Assembly: GCA_963825135.1 (NCBI GenBank)
Contig: CAWGRW010000009.1
Coordinates: forward strand, 1,664,001-1,728,000
Length of the DNA stretch: 64,000 bases
Direction: 5' to 3'
Origin: an uncultured bacterium
Lineage (GTDB): Bacteria > Desulfobacterota_D > UBA1144 > Nemesobacterales > UBA2774
Part shown: positions 40,740 through 52,174 of the stretch, in pieces
Layout of the letters: each line of letters begins with the position of its first letter
Position numbering within the stretch: position 1 is the stretch's first letter
Program-made: the position numbers and the translations under genes
The notes under the pieces: generated by a model
Seen by the model: only the letters and a program-made list of their open reading frames with translations
Databases searched by the model: none
What the model was told of the DNA's origin: nothing

Positions 40740-41513
40740 TCAGGATTGAAGAGATTTTACTATCTTCCTCACGAGGAACCGGGGCGTGAATCTCAAAAGG
40801 AACGGTATCAGCTTTTGTTTAATCCCGGGCAGAACGATGACGTCCCCCCTCCTGAAACCCTCATACCCGGCCTTAACCACGGGCTCGACGTCCATGAGGC
40901 TCAACTTGAATAAAAGCGAGTCGTCGAGATCGGACTTCGTTCCGAATTCGGTCCTCACGGGGCCCGGCGCCAGGCACGTGATTTTTATATTCGGGTTCTT
41001 TATCTCCTCGGAGAGGGCTTCGGTGAAGGACAGCACGTAGGCTTTGGTTGCGTAATAGACGGCGAGGTTCGGCCCCGGCTGGAAACCCGCGAGGGAGCCG
41101 ACGTTTAGTATACCGCCCCGCCCCCTTTCGATGATGCCCGGAAGGAAGAGTCTAGTTAAATGGGTGAGCGCTACTATGTTTACCTGAAGCATATCGATCT
41201 GTGCCTGTTCGCCCAGTTCAGCGAAGCTCCCGCGTGCGCCGAAGCCCGCGTTGTTTACGACCACGTCGACTTGTATGCCCACTTTCTGAAGCGCCTCGAA
41301 TATCTCTCTCGGGGCGTTTTTTCCCGAGAGGTCTTTCGGCAGAATAAATACGTCGACGCCGAAATCGGATTTGAGCTCGTCCGCGAGCGCTTTGAGCCTG
41401 TCTTCTCTTCGCGCGACGAGCACGAGGTTGGAATCGTCCGCCGCGAAAAGTCTCGCCAACTCAAGGCCGATCCCCGAGGAAGCCCCTGTTATAAGCGCTG
41501 TTTCATTTGCCAT
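40740..41513 (-). CDS. Short-chain dehydrogenase/reductase
   Basis: TGASSGIG, NNAG, YYATK. Confidence 0.92.
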   Translation of the reverse strand: MANETALITGASSGIGLELARLFAADDSNLVLVARREDRLKALADELKSDFGVDVFILPKDLSGKNAPREIFEALQKVGIQVDVVVNNAGFGARGSFAELGEQAQIDMLQVNIVALTHLTRLFLPGIIERGRGGILNVGSLAGFQPGPNLAVYYATKAYVLSFTEALSEEIKNPNIKITCLAPGPVRTEFGTKSDLDDSLLFKLSLMDVEPVVKAGYEGFRRGDVIVLPGIKQKLIPFLLRFTPRFLVRKIVKSLQS

Positions 41514-41619
41514 GTGAGTGCTCTCTTTCTCCCGCGAAATGTATCCACTGTTTTACACCTCGTCCGTTACCCTGTCAATCGGCGGACGGGTATGTATTCC
41601 GCTTATTTATTATCGCGGA

Positions 41620-42306
41620 TTATTTTATCCTCTTCAAATAGCCGGTCCCCAGATTATCCATCTGACCGATTATCCACGCCTGCCGTTCGAGCACGTACCG
41701 GGAGGGGTTGACGGGGGACATGCGTACGGGGTTCGGAAGTACGGCCGCTATCAGAGCGGATTCCTCTTCGGTGAGGTTCCCGGCCGATTCTCCGAAATAA
41801 ATCTTACTCGCTTTCCCGACGCCGTATACGCCCCTTCCCGTCTCTATCACGTTCAAGTACACCTCGAGAATTCTTTTCTTGCTCCATAGCTTTTCGATGA
41901 GGAACGTGAAATAGGCCTCGGCGGCCTTTCTCATCCAGCTCCTCGACGGCCAGAGGAATACGTTCTTCGCGGTCTGCTGGCTTATCGTGCTCGCCCCCCT
42001 GAGCCTGTCTCCGCCTATCTTGTCGTCTATAGCGCTTTTAATTGACTCTATATCGAACCCCTCGTGTAAGGGGAATTTCTGGTCCTCCGCGGCGATTACC
42101 GCGAGCTTCATGTAATTCGAGATTCTCGCGTAATCTCTCCACTCCTTTCTTATCGCCCTGCCGTCTTTGAAGTGCTCTATGACCATGAGGGGCGTAAGCG
42201 GGGGGTTCACGTACCTGTAGAGCGCCGCCCAGGCTATGGTCGCGAGGATAATCAGCAGGACCGTTTTTAGTATAAATTTAATTACTCCGAGGAGAAATTT
42301 TCTCAT
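41620..42306 (-). CDS. mtgA: Monofunctional peptidoglycan transglycosylase
   Basis: AEDQKFPLHEGFD, RGASTISQQTAKN, RILEVYLN. Confidence 0.93.
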   Translation of the reverse strand: MRKFLLGVIKFILKTVLLIILATIAWAALYRYVNPPLTPLMVIEHFKDGRAIRKEWRDYARISNYMKLAVIAAEDQKFPLHEGFDIESIKSAIDDKIGGDRLRGASTISQQTAKNVFLWPSRSWMRKAAEAYFTFLIEKLWSKKRILEVYLNVIETGRGVYGVGKASKIYFGESAGNLTEEESALIAAVLPNPVRMSPVNPSRYVLERQAWIIGQMDNLGTGYLKRIK

Positions 42307-42414
42307 TTATTCGCAGTGTTCCGGGCTCTGACCGCGGCCGGCCCTGTTCTTAAGGTCTTTCGGGGAACGCATTGCATTAAACGTAACTTATAGTACAATC
42401 CCGCCGCAAATCAA

Positions 42415-42443
42415 TTGACTCTTACCGTCCTCTCATATAACCT
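42415..42443 (+). promoter_or_regulatory. Putative sigma70 promoter of gyrA
   Basis: TTGACT-17 nt-TAACCT upstream of an AGGAGG RBS. Confidence 0.4.
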
Positions 42444-42484
42444 TATTAGCCAATATTTATAGACATTTAGGAGGCCCGCAATAA

Positions 42485-44917
42485 ATGACAATGCCGTCTC
42501 AAATACTGCCTGTCAACATCGAAGACGAGATGAAGGAGTCGTATCTCAGTTATTCGATGAGCGTAATCATCGGACGTGCCCTTCCGGACGTAAGGGATGG
42601 TTTGAAGCCTGTGCACAGGCGCATCCTTTACGGGATGGAAGAGGTCGGGAACCAGTGGAACAGGCCCTATAAAAAATCGGCGAGGATAGTCGGGGACGTG
42701 ATGGGTAAGTACCATCCCCACGGGGACGCCGCAATCTACGACGCGCTCGTCAGAATGGCGCAGGACTTCTCCATGCGGTACACGCTCGTCGACGGTCAGG
42801 GCAACTTCGGCTCTATCGACGGCGACCCCCCCGCGGCGATGAGGTACACGGAGGTCAGGCTCGACAGGATAGCGAGCGAGATACTGGCCGACCTCGATAA
42901 GGAGACCGTGGATTTCGTGCCGAATTACGACGGAGGCGAGAGGGAGCCCCTCGTGCTTCCGGCCAAGATACCGAACCTGCTGTTAAACGGCTCGTCGGGC
43001 ATCGCCGTCGGGATGTCTACCAATATCCCCCCTCACAACCTGAGTGAGCTTATAGACGCGATAGCGGCGCAGGCCGCCAATCCCGACATAACTCTCGACG
43101 AGCTCATGACGCACCTCCCCGGCCCCGATTTCCCCACCGGGGGCTTCATCACGGGCAGGGCCCCGATAAGAGAGGCTTACGAGACGGGCAGGGGAATAAT
43201 ACGAATAAGGGCCAAAGCCAGGATAGAGAGACAGAAGAAGGGAGACAAGGAAATAATAATAGTCAGCGAGATCCCTTATCAGGTGAACAAGGTCAAGCTG
43301 ATCGAGCGCATAGCGGAGCTCGTCAAGGACGAGAAGATAAAAGGCATATCCGATATAAGAGACGAGTCCGACAGAGAGGGGATAAGGCTGGTCATAGATA
43401 TCAAGCGCGGCGATATCGCAGACGTCGTATTGAACCAGCTTTACAAGCACACCCAGATGGACATGTCCTTCGGCATTATCATGCTCGCGCTAGTGAGGAA
43501 CCAGCCCCGAGTGCTCCCGCTCAAGGAGACGATTACCCACTTCATCGAGCACAGGAAGGAGGTCGTGACCAGGCGCACCCAGTATGAGCTGGGCAAGGCT
43601 GAAGAGAGGCTCCATATACTGGAAGGTCTCAAGATAGCGCTCGACCACCTGGACGAGGTCATAGCCCTCATCCGCAAGTCGGCGAGCCCTCAGGAAGCGA
43701 AAGACGGGCTAATGCAGAAACTCGCGCTATCGGCCGTCCAGGCCCAGGCTATACTCGACATGAGGCTCCAGCGCCTTACTGCGCTTGAGAGGGACAAGAT
43801 ACTCGAGGAAAGGAACGAGCTCATTAACACCGTTAAGCGCCTGAAGGAAATACTCGAGCACGAGCACCTGATCCTTGGGATAGTCACCGATGAGCTGAAA
43901 GAGATAAAGGATAAGTACGGGGACGAGAGGCGGACCGAAATTCTCGAGAGCTCCGAGGAAATCTCGATAGAGGACCTCATCGCGGATGAGGACATGGTCG
44001 TAACCATTACACACGAGGGCTATGTGAAAACGACCCCGCTCAGCATATACAGGAGTCAGAGAAGAGGGGGCAAGGGGAGGACGGGCATCACGACGAAGGA
44101 GCTCGATTTCGTCGAGACCCTTTTTATAGCGTCGAAGCACAACTACGTTCTCTTCTTCACGAACCTCGGCCGGTGTTACTGGATAAAGGTCCACGAGATA
44201 CCCGAAGCGGGCCCTACCGCTAGGGGAAAAGCCCTCGTCAACCTCCTGAGCTTGTCCGAAGGCGAGAAGGTCGCCGCGGTGCTCCCGGTGAGGGAATTCA
44301 AGGAAAACCAGTACATCATCATGGCTACCCGGAAGGGAGTGGTTAAGAAAACCAAGCTCATGGCTTATTCCAACCCCCGTGTGGGCGGCATAATTGCGCT
44401 CAACATCAGAGAGGACGACGAGCTTATAGCTGCCAGGATTACGAGCGGAAAAGACGAGATACTCATCACGTCCCATTTCGGCCAGGCGATAAGGTTCGAG
44501 GAAGACGACGTGAGGGATATGGGCAGGACTGCCACGGGCGTAATCGGCATCAGGCTCGACAAAGGGGACCAGGTCGTAAGCCTGGAGGTGATAGAGAACC
44601 CCGAGGCCCAGATCCTTACCGTCACCGAAATGGGTTACGGCAAGAGGACCCTCGTATCCGCGTACAGGGTAACGGGGCGGGGAGGAAAGGGCGTAATCAC
44701 GATCAAGACCTCCGGAAGGAACGGAAGGGTCGTTGGCGCTTTTCAGGTGACTAACGATACCCAGATAATGATAATAACGACACACGGCGGGAAGGTTATC
44801 AGGATGAACGCTTCGGAGATAAGCGTATTCGGGAGAGGGACTCAGGGCGTCACGCTCATCGATCTCGAGTCCGACGAAAAGGTAGCCGCAGTGGCAAAGG
44901 TGGTGGAGAGGGATTAG
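42485..44917 (+). CDS. gyrA: DNA gyrase subunit A
   Basis: [29 protein letters not shown], GyrA box QRRGGKG. Confidence 0.97.
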   Translation: MTMPSQILPVNIEDEMKESYLSYSMSVIIGRALPDVRDGLKPVHRRILYGMEEVGNQWNRPYKKSARIVGDVMGKYHPHGDAAIYDALVRMAQDFSMRYTLVDGQGNFGSIDGDPPAAMRYTEVRLDRIASEILADLDKETVDFVPNYDGGEREPLVLPAKIPNLLLNGSSGIAVGMSTNIPPHNLSELIDAIAAQAANPDITLDELMTHLPGPDFPTGGFITGRAPIREAYETGRGIIRIRAKARIERQKKGDKEIIIVSEIPYQVNKVKLIERIAELVKDEKIKGISDIRDESDREGIRLVIDIKRGDIADVVLNQLYKHTQMDMSFGIIMLALVRNQPRVLPLKETITHFIEHRKEVVTRRTQYELGKAEERLHILEGLKIALDHLDEVIALIRKSASPQEAKDGLMQKLALSAVQAQAILDMRLQRLTALERDKILEERNELINTVKRLKEILEHEHLILGIVTDELKEIKDKYGDERRTEILESSEEISIEDLIADEDMVVTITHEGYVKTTPLSIYRSQRRGGKGRTGITTKELDFVETLFIASKHNYVLFFTNLGRCYWIKVHEIPEAGPTARGKALVNLLSLSEGEKVAAVLPVREFKENQYIIMATRKGVVKKTKLMAYSNPRVGGIIALNIREDDELIAARITSGKDEILITSHFGQAIRFEEDDVRDMGRTATGVIGIRLDKGDQVVSLEVIENPEAQILTVTEMGYGKRTLVSAYRVTGRGGKGVITIKTSGRNGRVVGAFQVTNDTQIMIITTHGGKVIRMNASEISVFGRGTQGVTLIDLESDEKVAAVAKVVERD

Positions 44918-44955
44918 TCCGGATATTTTTTCTTTGGCATATCCCCGGCGCGCAG

Positions 44956-45447
44956 ATGATCCGCGAGATTGAAAATATATTCCTCGATTTCCCCGGGTAC
45001 GGGTGCTTCGCCTGCGACCCGCGCAATACCCACGGGCTCCGGCTCAGATTCTACGCCGACGACGAAAAGGGGGATGTCTTCACCCGCACCACGCCCGAAA
45101 AACACCTCCAGGGCTTCCCGGGGATACTACACGGGGGCATACAGTGCGCGCTCGTCGACGAAGTAGCTTTCTGGACCATGTTCGACAGGTACAAAAAGAT
45201 CGCTCTGACCGCAAAGATAGACATGGAGTTCCTGAGGCCGGTGGGGACGGCGTCGGAGCTCGAGGTGAGGGGCAGGATAGCCGGGGAGGACGGGCGTAAA
45301 GTCGGGGTCGAGGTGATTATCTATGAGCAAAACAAGGTTTGCACCAGGAGCAGGGTAGATTATATTATCCCGAAGAAAGAAGTGACCTTGAGGGTAATGG
45401 GTAAAGAGAGGTTCACCGAAAAATTCAAAAAGTACCTGGATGACTGA
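44956..45447 (+). CDS. PaaI-family (hotdog) thioesterase
   Basis: CFACDP.N..GL, GFPGILHGGIQCALVDE. Confidence 0.85.
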   Translation: MIREIENIFLDFPGYGCFACDPRNTHGLRLRFYADDEKGDVFTRTTPEKHLQGFPGILHGGIQCALVDEVAFWTMFDRYKKIALTAKIDMEFLRPVGTASELEVRGRIAGEDGRKVGVEVIIYEQNKVCTRSRVDYIIPKKEVTLRVMGKERFTEKFKKYLDD

Positions 45448-45449
45448 CG

Positions 45450-46055
45450 ATGCTGAAACTATACGATAATCCGCTCTCCGGGAATTGCTACAAGGTCAGG
45501 CTGGCTTTGAACCAGCTCGGGGTCGAATACGAGAGAGAGTACCTCGACATATTTAAAGGAGAGCAGCACACCCGCGATTATGAATCGCTGAATCCGAACA
45601 GGAAGATACCGGTCCTCATAGACGACGGATTCCATATGTGGGAGTCAAACGCCATACTTTTATACCTGGGCAAGAAATACTCCCCTAACCGGTTATACCC
45701 GGAGGACCTCCGGGGGTTCGGCGCCATGGCTCAGTGGCTCTTTTACGGCAAGACCTCGGTCGATCCGAACCTGGCTGTAGCCAGGTACCTTATGAAATTC
45801 ATGAGCCCCGCGGATAGGGACGAAAAGAAGCTTAACGATCTCCGCGCACAGGGCGGCGGCGTGCTCAGGGTTCTCGATGCTCACCTCGAACACAAAGAAT
45901 TTCTTGCCGGGACGTATTCGATAGCTGATATAGCGTGTTACCCGTACGTAAGCCTGGCGCCCGAGGGAGGCATCGACCTTTCACCCTACCCGAGCGTAAT
46001 ATTGTGGTGCGACCGAATCAGGTCCCAGCCGGGTTATATTTCCATGGAGGATTGA
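45450..46055 (+). CDS. Glutathione S-transferase family protein
   Basis: SGNCYKVRL, NPNRKIPVL, WESNAIL, YSIADI. Confidence 0.9.
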   Translation: MLKLYDNPLSGNCYKVRLALNQLGVEYEREYLDIFKGEQHTRDYESLNPNRKIPVLIDDGFHMWESNAILLYLGKKYSPNRLYPEDLRGFGAMAQWLFYGKTSVDPNLAVARYLMKFMSPADRDEKKLNDLRAQGGGVLRVLDAHLEHKEFLAGTYSIADIACYPYVSLAPEGGIDLSPYPSVILWCDRIRSQPGYISMED

Positions 46056-46060
46056 ACGGA

Positions 46061-46137
46061 TGGAGCGGGAAACGGGATTCGAACCCGCGACCTTCTCCTT
46101 GGCAAGGAGACGCTCTAGCCAGCTGAGCTATTCCCGC
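46061..46137 (-). tRNA. tRNA-Gly(GCC)
   Basis: GCGGGAATAGCTCAG...TCTCC-TTGCCAA-GGAGA...GGTTCGAATCCCGTTTCCCGCTCCA. Confidence 0.97.
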
Positions 46138-46234
46138 TTAGCAGAAGAACTAAGATAGCCAGGCCGGGGCTCGTTGTCAAGAAAATACGTGAATTCGGGC
46201 TCGATATTTAAAAAATATAATTTGTCGGGATTAC

Positions 46235-47377
46235 ATGAAAAAATCTGACAGAAAGTCGATTATCTCCGGGGTTAAAAGGGTTATTGTCAAAATAGGAAGC
46301 AGTGTCCTTACGGATAAGAAGGGCAGTTTGTCCGAGAGCGTTTTCGATCTCCTCGCGGGTGAGATATCCAAAATCAAGTCCCGACATATCGAGGTCGTAG
46401 TCGTATCGTCCGGGGCTATAGCGTCGGGGATGAAGAAGCTCCATATCAGCAGGAAGCCGACCGAGATATCGATGAAACAAGCTATAGCGGCCTGCGGACA
46501 GAGTACGCTCATCTGGAATTACGAAAGGGCGTTTTCGTCTTTCGGGCTTATCGTCGCGCAGATACTTATCACCCATGACGGTCTTGCGGACAGGAAGAGG
46601 TTCTTAAACGCCCGGAAGACCCTGACCACGCTCCTCGGAATGGGAATAATTCCGATCATAAACGAGAACGATACGGTGGCCGTTGAAGAAATAATGCTCG
46701 GCGACAACGATAACCTCGCGGCGCTCGTGACCTCGCTCGTGGAAGCGGACCTCCTCATACTGCTTACCGATATAGAGGGCCTCTATAACAAAGACCCCAG
46801 AATGAACAAGGACGCGGAATTCATATCCCTGATAGACCGGATAGGCGAGGAGATAGAGTCGGTCGCGGGCGATACCCTCGGCAGCACGACCACGGGAGGG
46901 ATGATAACGAAGATCCAGGCCGCAAGGGCTGCGGCCGCCTTCGGCGTGCCGACTATCATCGCAAACGGGAAATCCAAGAACACGCTAGCCGATATATTCG
47001 ACGGCAGGGATGTCGGCACTATTTTCCTCCCGTCGAAGAAGAGCCTACGCGGCAGGAAACACTGGATTGCATTTACGCTTAAGTCCTCGGGCGAGCTCGT
47101 CATAGACGGGGGAGCGGAGAAGGCCATCACGACTCAAGGCAAGAGCCTCCTCCCTTCGGGCATAAAGGACGTGCGCGGAAAGTTCGGGATCGGGGATTCG
47201 ATAACGTGCGTTGACGAGGATGGGGTCGCGGTCGCGAGGGGGCTCACGTCGTACAGCTCTGAGGAAATACGCCGGATAATGGGACGGAGCACGAAAGAGG
47301 TCGAGAGCATTCTCGGGTACAAATACAGTGATGAGGTCATCCATCGGGATGATCTGGCAGTCATTGAAAAGCGCTGA
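46235..47377 (+). CDS. proB: Glutamate 5-kinase
   Basis: VKIGSS, VSSGAIA, INENDTV, GDNDNL, TGGMITK, PUA domain. Confidence 0.96.
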   Translation: MKKSDRKSIISGVKRVIVKIGSSVLTDKKGSLSESVFDLLAGEISKIKSRHIEVVVVSSGAIASGMKKLHISRKPTEISMKQAIAACGQSTLIWNYERAFSSFGLIVAQILITHDGLADRKRFLNARKTLTTLLGMGIIPIINENDTVAVEEIMLGDNDNLAALVTSLVEADLLILLTDIEGLYNKDPRMNKDAEFISLIDRIGEEIESVAGDTLGSTTTGGMITKIQAARAAAAFGVPTIIANGKSKNTLADIFDGRDVGTIFLPSKKSLRGRKHWIAFTLKSSGELVIDGGAEKAITTQGKSLLPSGIKDVRGKFGIGDSITCVDEDGVAVARGLTSYSSEEIRRIMGRSTKEVESILGYKYSDEVIHRDDLAVIEKR

Positions 47378-47395
47378 TGGGTTTAATCTCTTGAA

Positions 47396-48397
47396 ATGGG
47401 TTCCGGAAAATTAAAGATAGCCTCTCTTGCGGTTCTAATAATAGCGCTACTCGGCGCTTCTGTTGCGCTCGGCGTTTACTACTACATCAACTTCATCACT
47501 TCCGTCTCTGCAGACAAAGTCGTCGACATACCTAAAGGCAAGGGCTTGAGGAAGATATCGTCGTTACTCGAGGAAAACGGGGTAATCGGCAGCCGCGACC
47601 TCTTTATGGTCTATGTAATCGGCAAAGGCTGGCAGGACAGGCTTAAAGCTGGAGAGTATGAGTTTAAAAAGGGTGATACCACGGCGAAAGTGGCCCTTAA
47701 GCTCTCGGTAGGGGACGTTATCGTCCACAAGGTCACTATCCCCGAGGGGCTCACCGTGAGGGAGACCGCGGAGCTCCTGGGCAGGAACGGCGTGCTTGAC
47801 CCGGACGAGTTCCTTGCCGCGACCCGCGACCCGAAGATACTGGACAGCCTGCCCGGACGCTCTGTCCCCGGTATCGAAGGTTATCTCTTTCCCGACACCT
47901 ATTCGTATGCCAAGGGGATAACAGCCCCGGAATTTGTCCGGATGATGGTGAGCAGGTTCAAAAAGGTGTATAGCTCGCTCGGCGGATTGAAGAACAGGGT
48001 AAACCTTACGGACAACGAGGTAATTACGCTCGCCTCCATTATTGAAAAAGAAACCGGCGCCCCTGCCGAGAGGCCGCTCGTTTCGGCTGTTTTCCATAAC
48101 CGTTTGAAGCTCGGCATGCGGCTCGAGAGCGACCCGACGGTTATCTACGGAATGGGGGAGGAATTCGACGGCGACCTTACGAGAGACGACCTGAATACTA
48201 TGACCGAGTACAACACATATCTGTTGAAAGGCCTCCCCCCCGGCCCGATCTCCAATCCCGGCAGGGAGTCGATTATCGCCGCCTTAAGCCCGGCACCCGT
48301 CGATTATATTTATTTCGTGGCGAGGGGAGACGGCACCCACTACTTCTCGAATAATTACCAGGACCACCTGAGGGCCGTATCCGAATATCAGAAATAA
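47396..48397 (+). CDS. mltG: Endolytic transglycosylase MltG
   Basis: TIPEG, EGYLFPDTY, LASIIEKE, LESDPTV, YNTY, LPPGPI. Confidence 0.95.
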   Translation: MGSGKLKIASLAVLIIALLGASVALGVYYYINFITSVSADKVVDIPKGKGLRKISSLLEENGVIGSRDLFMVYVIGKGWQDRLKAGEYEFKKGDTTAKVALKLSVGDVIVHKVTIPEGLTVRETAELLGRNGVLDPDEFLAATRDPKILDSLPGRSVPGIEGYLFPDTYSYAKGITAPEFVRMMVSRFKKVYSSLGGLKNRVNLTDNEVITLASIIEKETGAPAERPLVSAVFHNRLKLGMRLESDPTVIYGMGEEFDGDLTRDDLNTMTEYNTYLLKGLPPGPISNPGRESIIAALSPAPVDYIYFVARGDGTHYFSNNYQDHLRAVSEYQK

Positions 48398-48401
48398 GAG
48401 G

Positions 48402-49382
48402 CTAGGAAAATACCCTGCCGAAAGGATCGACCTGCGATTTGTCTTCATTTACGGGAACAACGAGCTTGTTGTCCCTCCTCTCGATCCTTATTGTCCCGTC
48501 CTTTCTCCGTGTGGCAATGAACTGCGTCCCGCTGGTCTCGCCGGATATCCTCTGGAGTATGCGGGGATAGTTCTTTGAGCCGATGAAGATCGAGTGTATG
48601 CACACGCCTAATTTTTTTGCCCTCCCCCGTTCTTCGAGCACGTCGCAATCGCCCGAGGTCGGGATGCCGTCCGTAATAAACAGTATGTGCTTGTTCCTGA
48701 GCCCTCGCCCCCTGAATTCGGTCAGAGCGTCCTTCAACGCGTCTTCGTAATTCGTGTTTCCCGAACACTCGGTCTTGGAGGCGAGCTCCAGCATCCACTG
48801 GTAATCCCTGGTGAAGAATTTGGAGTTCCTCTTGTATTTATACGAGCGGTGGTTGAATTCCACATAGCCGACCATCATCTTTTTCGCCCTGGCGAGCTCT
48901 ACCACTCCCCTCACGACGGACGACGACCATTCGCTGTACACGCCCATCATAGACGTGCTTACGTCCCTGAGGATCGCTATCTCGCCTCCCATCATCTCTT
49001 TTTCCCGTTTATGTACCCTCGGGAGAGTCGGCGTGGTGTACTCGGACCAGAACATTACCTCAAACGGATCGACGTCCTCAACTTCGTCGAAATAATTCAT
49101 CCTCTTCCATGTCCTCGGCATTCCCCCGGGATGGGGGGCCCTCAAGGCTATGCTCCTCTGGAAATTTCCTTCGAGGACTTTCATTATTACCTTTACGTTG
49201 TCCGCGGACTCGAGGTTCCTTTTGCCGCCTATCCAGTAATCCTCTTCGTCGCCCGGGTCCGGGGACTTGCTTGCGAATACCTTGCTCGTCTTAGGGGGCT
49301 GCTTCTCGTTTCTCTTCGTACCGTCGTCAGAGAGCTGACCCTCGGGGTCAGACGGAATGTTCATATCCTCGGGCGGAGCCAT
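48402..49382 (-). CDS. von Willebrand factor A domain protein; frame is open upstream to the A11 run at 49575-49585
   Basis: MIDAS DVSTSM, GNTNYEDAL, LFITDG. Confidence 0.85.
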   Translation of the reverse strand: MAPPEDMNIPSDPEGQLSDDGTKRNEKQPPKTSKVFASKSPDPGDEEDYWIGGKRNLESADNVKVIMKVLEGNFQRSIALRAPHPGGMPRTWKRMNYFDEVEDVDPFEVMFWSEYTTPTLPRVHKREKEMMGGEIAILRDVSTSMMGVYSEWSSSVVRGVVELARAKKMMVGYVEFNHRSYKYKRNSKFFTRDYQWMLELASKTECSGNTNYEDALKDALTEFRGRGLRNKHILFITDGIPTSGDCDVLEERGRAKKLGVCIHSIFIGSKNYPRILQRISGETSGTQFIATRRKDGTIRIERRDNKLVVPVNEDKSQVDPFGRVFS

Positions 49383-49549
49383 GGAGCTCTCCTTCTGGAT
49401 GTTTTCCTTGAGTTCTTTTAAGGCTTGAAAGAAGGTCTTTCGGGCTTCGGTAAGCTGGTCCTGGGATTCTTTTTTCCCCCGGTCATCTGGGGAATCCTGT
49501 TTCTGCTCTTGGGGGGCGTCGTTGTCAAACTCTGATGACGGCTGCGGCT

Positions 49550-50512
49550 CTAGCTCGCTCCCCCTGTCCCTGTCTTTTTTTTTTTGGACGTGAGGTCCTC
49601 GATAATCTGGTCGAGCTGCAGAAACACCTCTTCGGGAATTCGGAAAGCAGTCATGTATTTCAGCGCTTTTAAGTCCTCAACCGTGCACGCGTCCCTTCCG
49701 TTGAGAAGAGCGTGCGCCCTCATTATCTTGAGTGACTTTACGAAGAACGTTCTGTCGGAAATGAGGGAATTGGTCTCGTTGCACCCATAGTCCTCTATGA
49801 GCGTCTCGACGAACCTTGCGAGCCCTTCCTGGACTTCGAGCGGTATTTCAAGACTGCCCAGTTTTTTGTAGTAATCATCGAACACTTCCCTGCTGACCCT
49901 TGCAGGTACATGGTATTCAAGGGGTCTTTGAGTATATAGCTTGATGACCTCCCTTGCCTCGTCCCATTTCTTCCCGTATGACAGGCCCTGCGCGTTTATC
50001 TGTAGGACGAACCTGTCGAGGTTGGCCGGGTCGAGGGGCTCGTTATAGTACTCGTCCGCCGTCGGGTTGGAGGTAGCGATTGCGGTCAAAAGCGGTATGT
50101 CCTCGTCAAAGAACTTTCTTTCGTTAAGAATCCTGAGGAGTACGTTCAGCGATTCGCCCGGAGCCCTGGATATATCGTCCAGGAGGCAGATCTCGGCTGT
50201 CAGAATTCCGCCCTTCACAACCTTTTGTTTTATCACTTCGCCGGTATCGGTGATTTCTTTAGAAATGACCAGGTCCCCGATCAGCTCCGAGAGCCTGGTG
50301 TCCCTGTGAAGCTGGTAGAAGAAGAATTTCAACTGTGCCGCTCCCGAGACGATTTCGGCGAGCATTGTCTTGGCCGTCCCGGGCGGTCCTTCCACATAGA
50401 TATGCTCTCTGGCTATTATGCCGAGGAGGAGCGATATCTTGACCCCCTCGTGTCCGATAACCAATTTATCCATTTCTTCTTTCAGAGCTACGAATGGATT
50501 CTGTGATGTCAT
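49550..50512 (-). CDS. MoxR/RavA-type AAA+ ATPase
   Basis: Walker A GPPGTAKT, Walker B CLLDDI, LLRILNER, ATSN, LDRF, ISDR. Confidence 0.88.
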   Translation of the reverse strand: MTSQNPFVALKEEMDKLVIGHEGVKISLLLGIIAREHIYVEGPPGTAKTMLAEIVSGAAQLKFFFYQLHRDTRLSELIGDLVISKEITDTGEVIKQKVVKGGILTAEICLLDDISRAPGESLNVLLRILNERKFFDEDIPLLTAIATSNPTADEYYNEPLDPANLDRFVLQINAQGLSYGKKWDEAREVIKLYTQRPLEYHVPARVSREVFDDYYKKLGSLEIPLEVQEGLARFVETLIEDYGCNETNSLISDRTFFVKSLKIMRAHALLNGRDACTVEDLKALKYMTAFRIPEEVFLQLDQIIEDLTSKKKKTGTGGAS

Positions 50513-50714
50513 TATCTGGTATTGCCTCCGTAGAATTCCTTACGCTATGGGATAATTGTACATAAGCGGGTTTTTTTTTGCAATAATTACCGCCCGGATG
50601 CATGTAAGCGGAGTTCTCGTGATCCGGCAAGCCGGAATCGAATTCCTGTCATTTTCAAAAATTCCTTAAATATGATAAGTTTCTAGCCTCGGCAAATCCA
50701 ACGAGGAAAAACAG

Positions 50715-52067
50715 ATGCAAGAAACCATCACATCGTTCTTATCTCAGTTAAGCGGCATAATCTGGGGCATGCCGCTTATAGTGCTGCTTCTGGGTACGGG
50801 CATATACCTGACTGTTATCTTAAAGGGGCTTCAGTTCCGGACTTTAATTCCTTCCCTCTACCTCGCGTTTGTAAAGAGACACGAGGAGGGGGAGGGGGAT
50901 ATCTCCCATTTCCAGGCCCTCATGACCGCGCTTTCCGCGACGGTGGGGGTGGGGAACATAGCAGGCGTCGCAACCGCGATAGCCGTGGGCGGCCCTGGGG
51001 CCATGTTCTGGATGTGGATTACGGGGTTGCTGGGCATGGCCACGAAATACTCCGAAGCGGTCCTTGCGGTCAAATACAGGGAAGTCGACAAGCTCGGAAC
51101 GATGAGCGGCGGCCCGATGTACTACATCTCGAAGGGTCTCGGGCTTAAATGGCTCGGAATGCTCTTTGCCATTTTCGCCTCTATCGCCGCTTTCGGCATA
51201 GGGAACATGGTTCAGTCGAACTCGGTCGCCGACGCCATGCAGACGGCATTCGGAATTTCCCCATGGATATCCGGTCTCGTTATGTGTGTCGGGACGGGGC
51301 TCGTTATAGTCGGAGGTATCCAGAGCATAGCGAAAGCGACCAGCGCGATAGTGCCGTTCATGCTGATATTCTATGTGGTCGGGTCTTCGATAATCTTGTT
51401 CGCGTACAGGGAGAACATACCCCATGCTTTTTACCTGATTTTTGCCAACGCATTTTCGCCCTCCGCAGCGGCGGGGGGGTTCCTGGGCGCAACCATCAGT
51501 CAGACGATCAGGATAGGGGTGGCGAGGGGGATCTTTTCAAACGAATCCGGGCTCGGCAGCTCGCCGATCGCCGCGGCGGCCGCCAAGACCCAAAACCCCG
51601 TGGGTCAGGCTCTCGTATCCATGACCCAGACCTTTATCGATACAATAGTCATTTGCACGTTTACGGGCGTGGTGATTATTTCGAGCGGCTTCTGGTCGAG
51701 CGGGAAAACCGGCGCCGCGCTCACGGCGCTTGCTTTTGAAAGCAGGATTCCAGAGGGGATGGGGGCGGCCATACTGGGAATCAGTCTCGCCTTCTTTGCC
51801 TATTCCACCCTGCTCGGCTGGTGTTATTACGGCGAGAAAGCGATAGAATATATCTTCAAGGAGAGAGCCGTAAAGCCATACAGGGTCTTCTTTACAATAG
51901 CCGTGCTGATAGGGGCGGTAGTGAAGCTTGAGCTGGTCTGGACCTTCGCCGACGTGATGAACGGGCTCATGGCATTCCCGAACCTGGTGGGTCTTCTGGG
52001 GTTATCGAAGGTGGTGGTCGAGGAGACCAGGAAATATCTCGATCACGAGATCGCCCGCGCCAGGTGA
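50715..52067 (+). CDS. Sodium:alanine/glycine symporter (AGCS family)
   Basis: [39 protein letters not shown]. Confidence 0.93.
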   Translation: MQETITSFLSQLSGIIWGMPLIVLLLGTGIYLTVILKGLQFRTLIPSLYLAFVKRHEEGEGDISHFQALMTALSATVGVGNIAGVATAIAVGGPGAMFWMWITGLLGMATKYSEAVLAVKYREVDKLGTMSGGPMYYISKGLGLKWLGMLFAIFASIAAFGIGNMVQSNSVADAMQTAFGISPWISGLVMCVGTGLVIVGGIQSIAKATSAIVPFMLIFYVVGSSIILFAYRENIPHAFYLIFANAFSPSAAAGGFLGATISQTIRIGVARGIFSNESGLGSSPIAAAAAKTQNPVGQALVSMTQTFIDTIVICTFTGVVIISSGFWSSGKTGAALTALAFESRIPEGMGAAILGISLAFFAYSTLLGWCYYGEKAIEYIFKERAVKPYRVFFTIAVLIGAVVKLELVWTFADVMNGLMAFPNLVGLLGLSKVVVEETRKYLDHEIARAR

Positions 52068-52174
52068 AAAGCCCAATCCCGGACTCCCGTCTATTTCCGT
52101 AACAGGCGGAGAATCCTGTTTTTACGAAGCTTCGTTTTAATACAGATAATATTTAGCTACAATATAGGTTTTAG

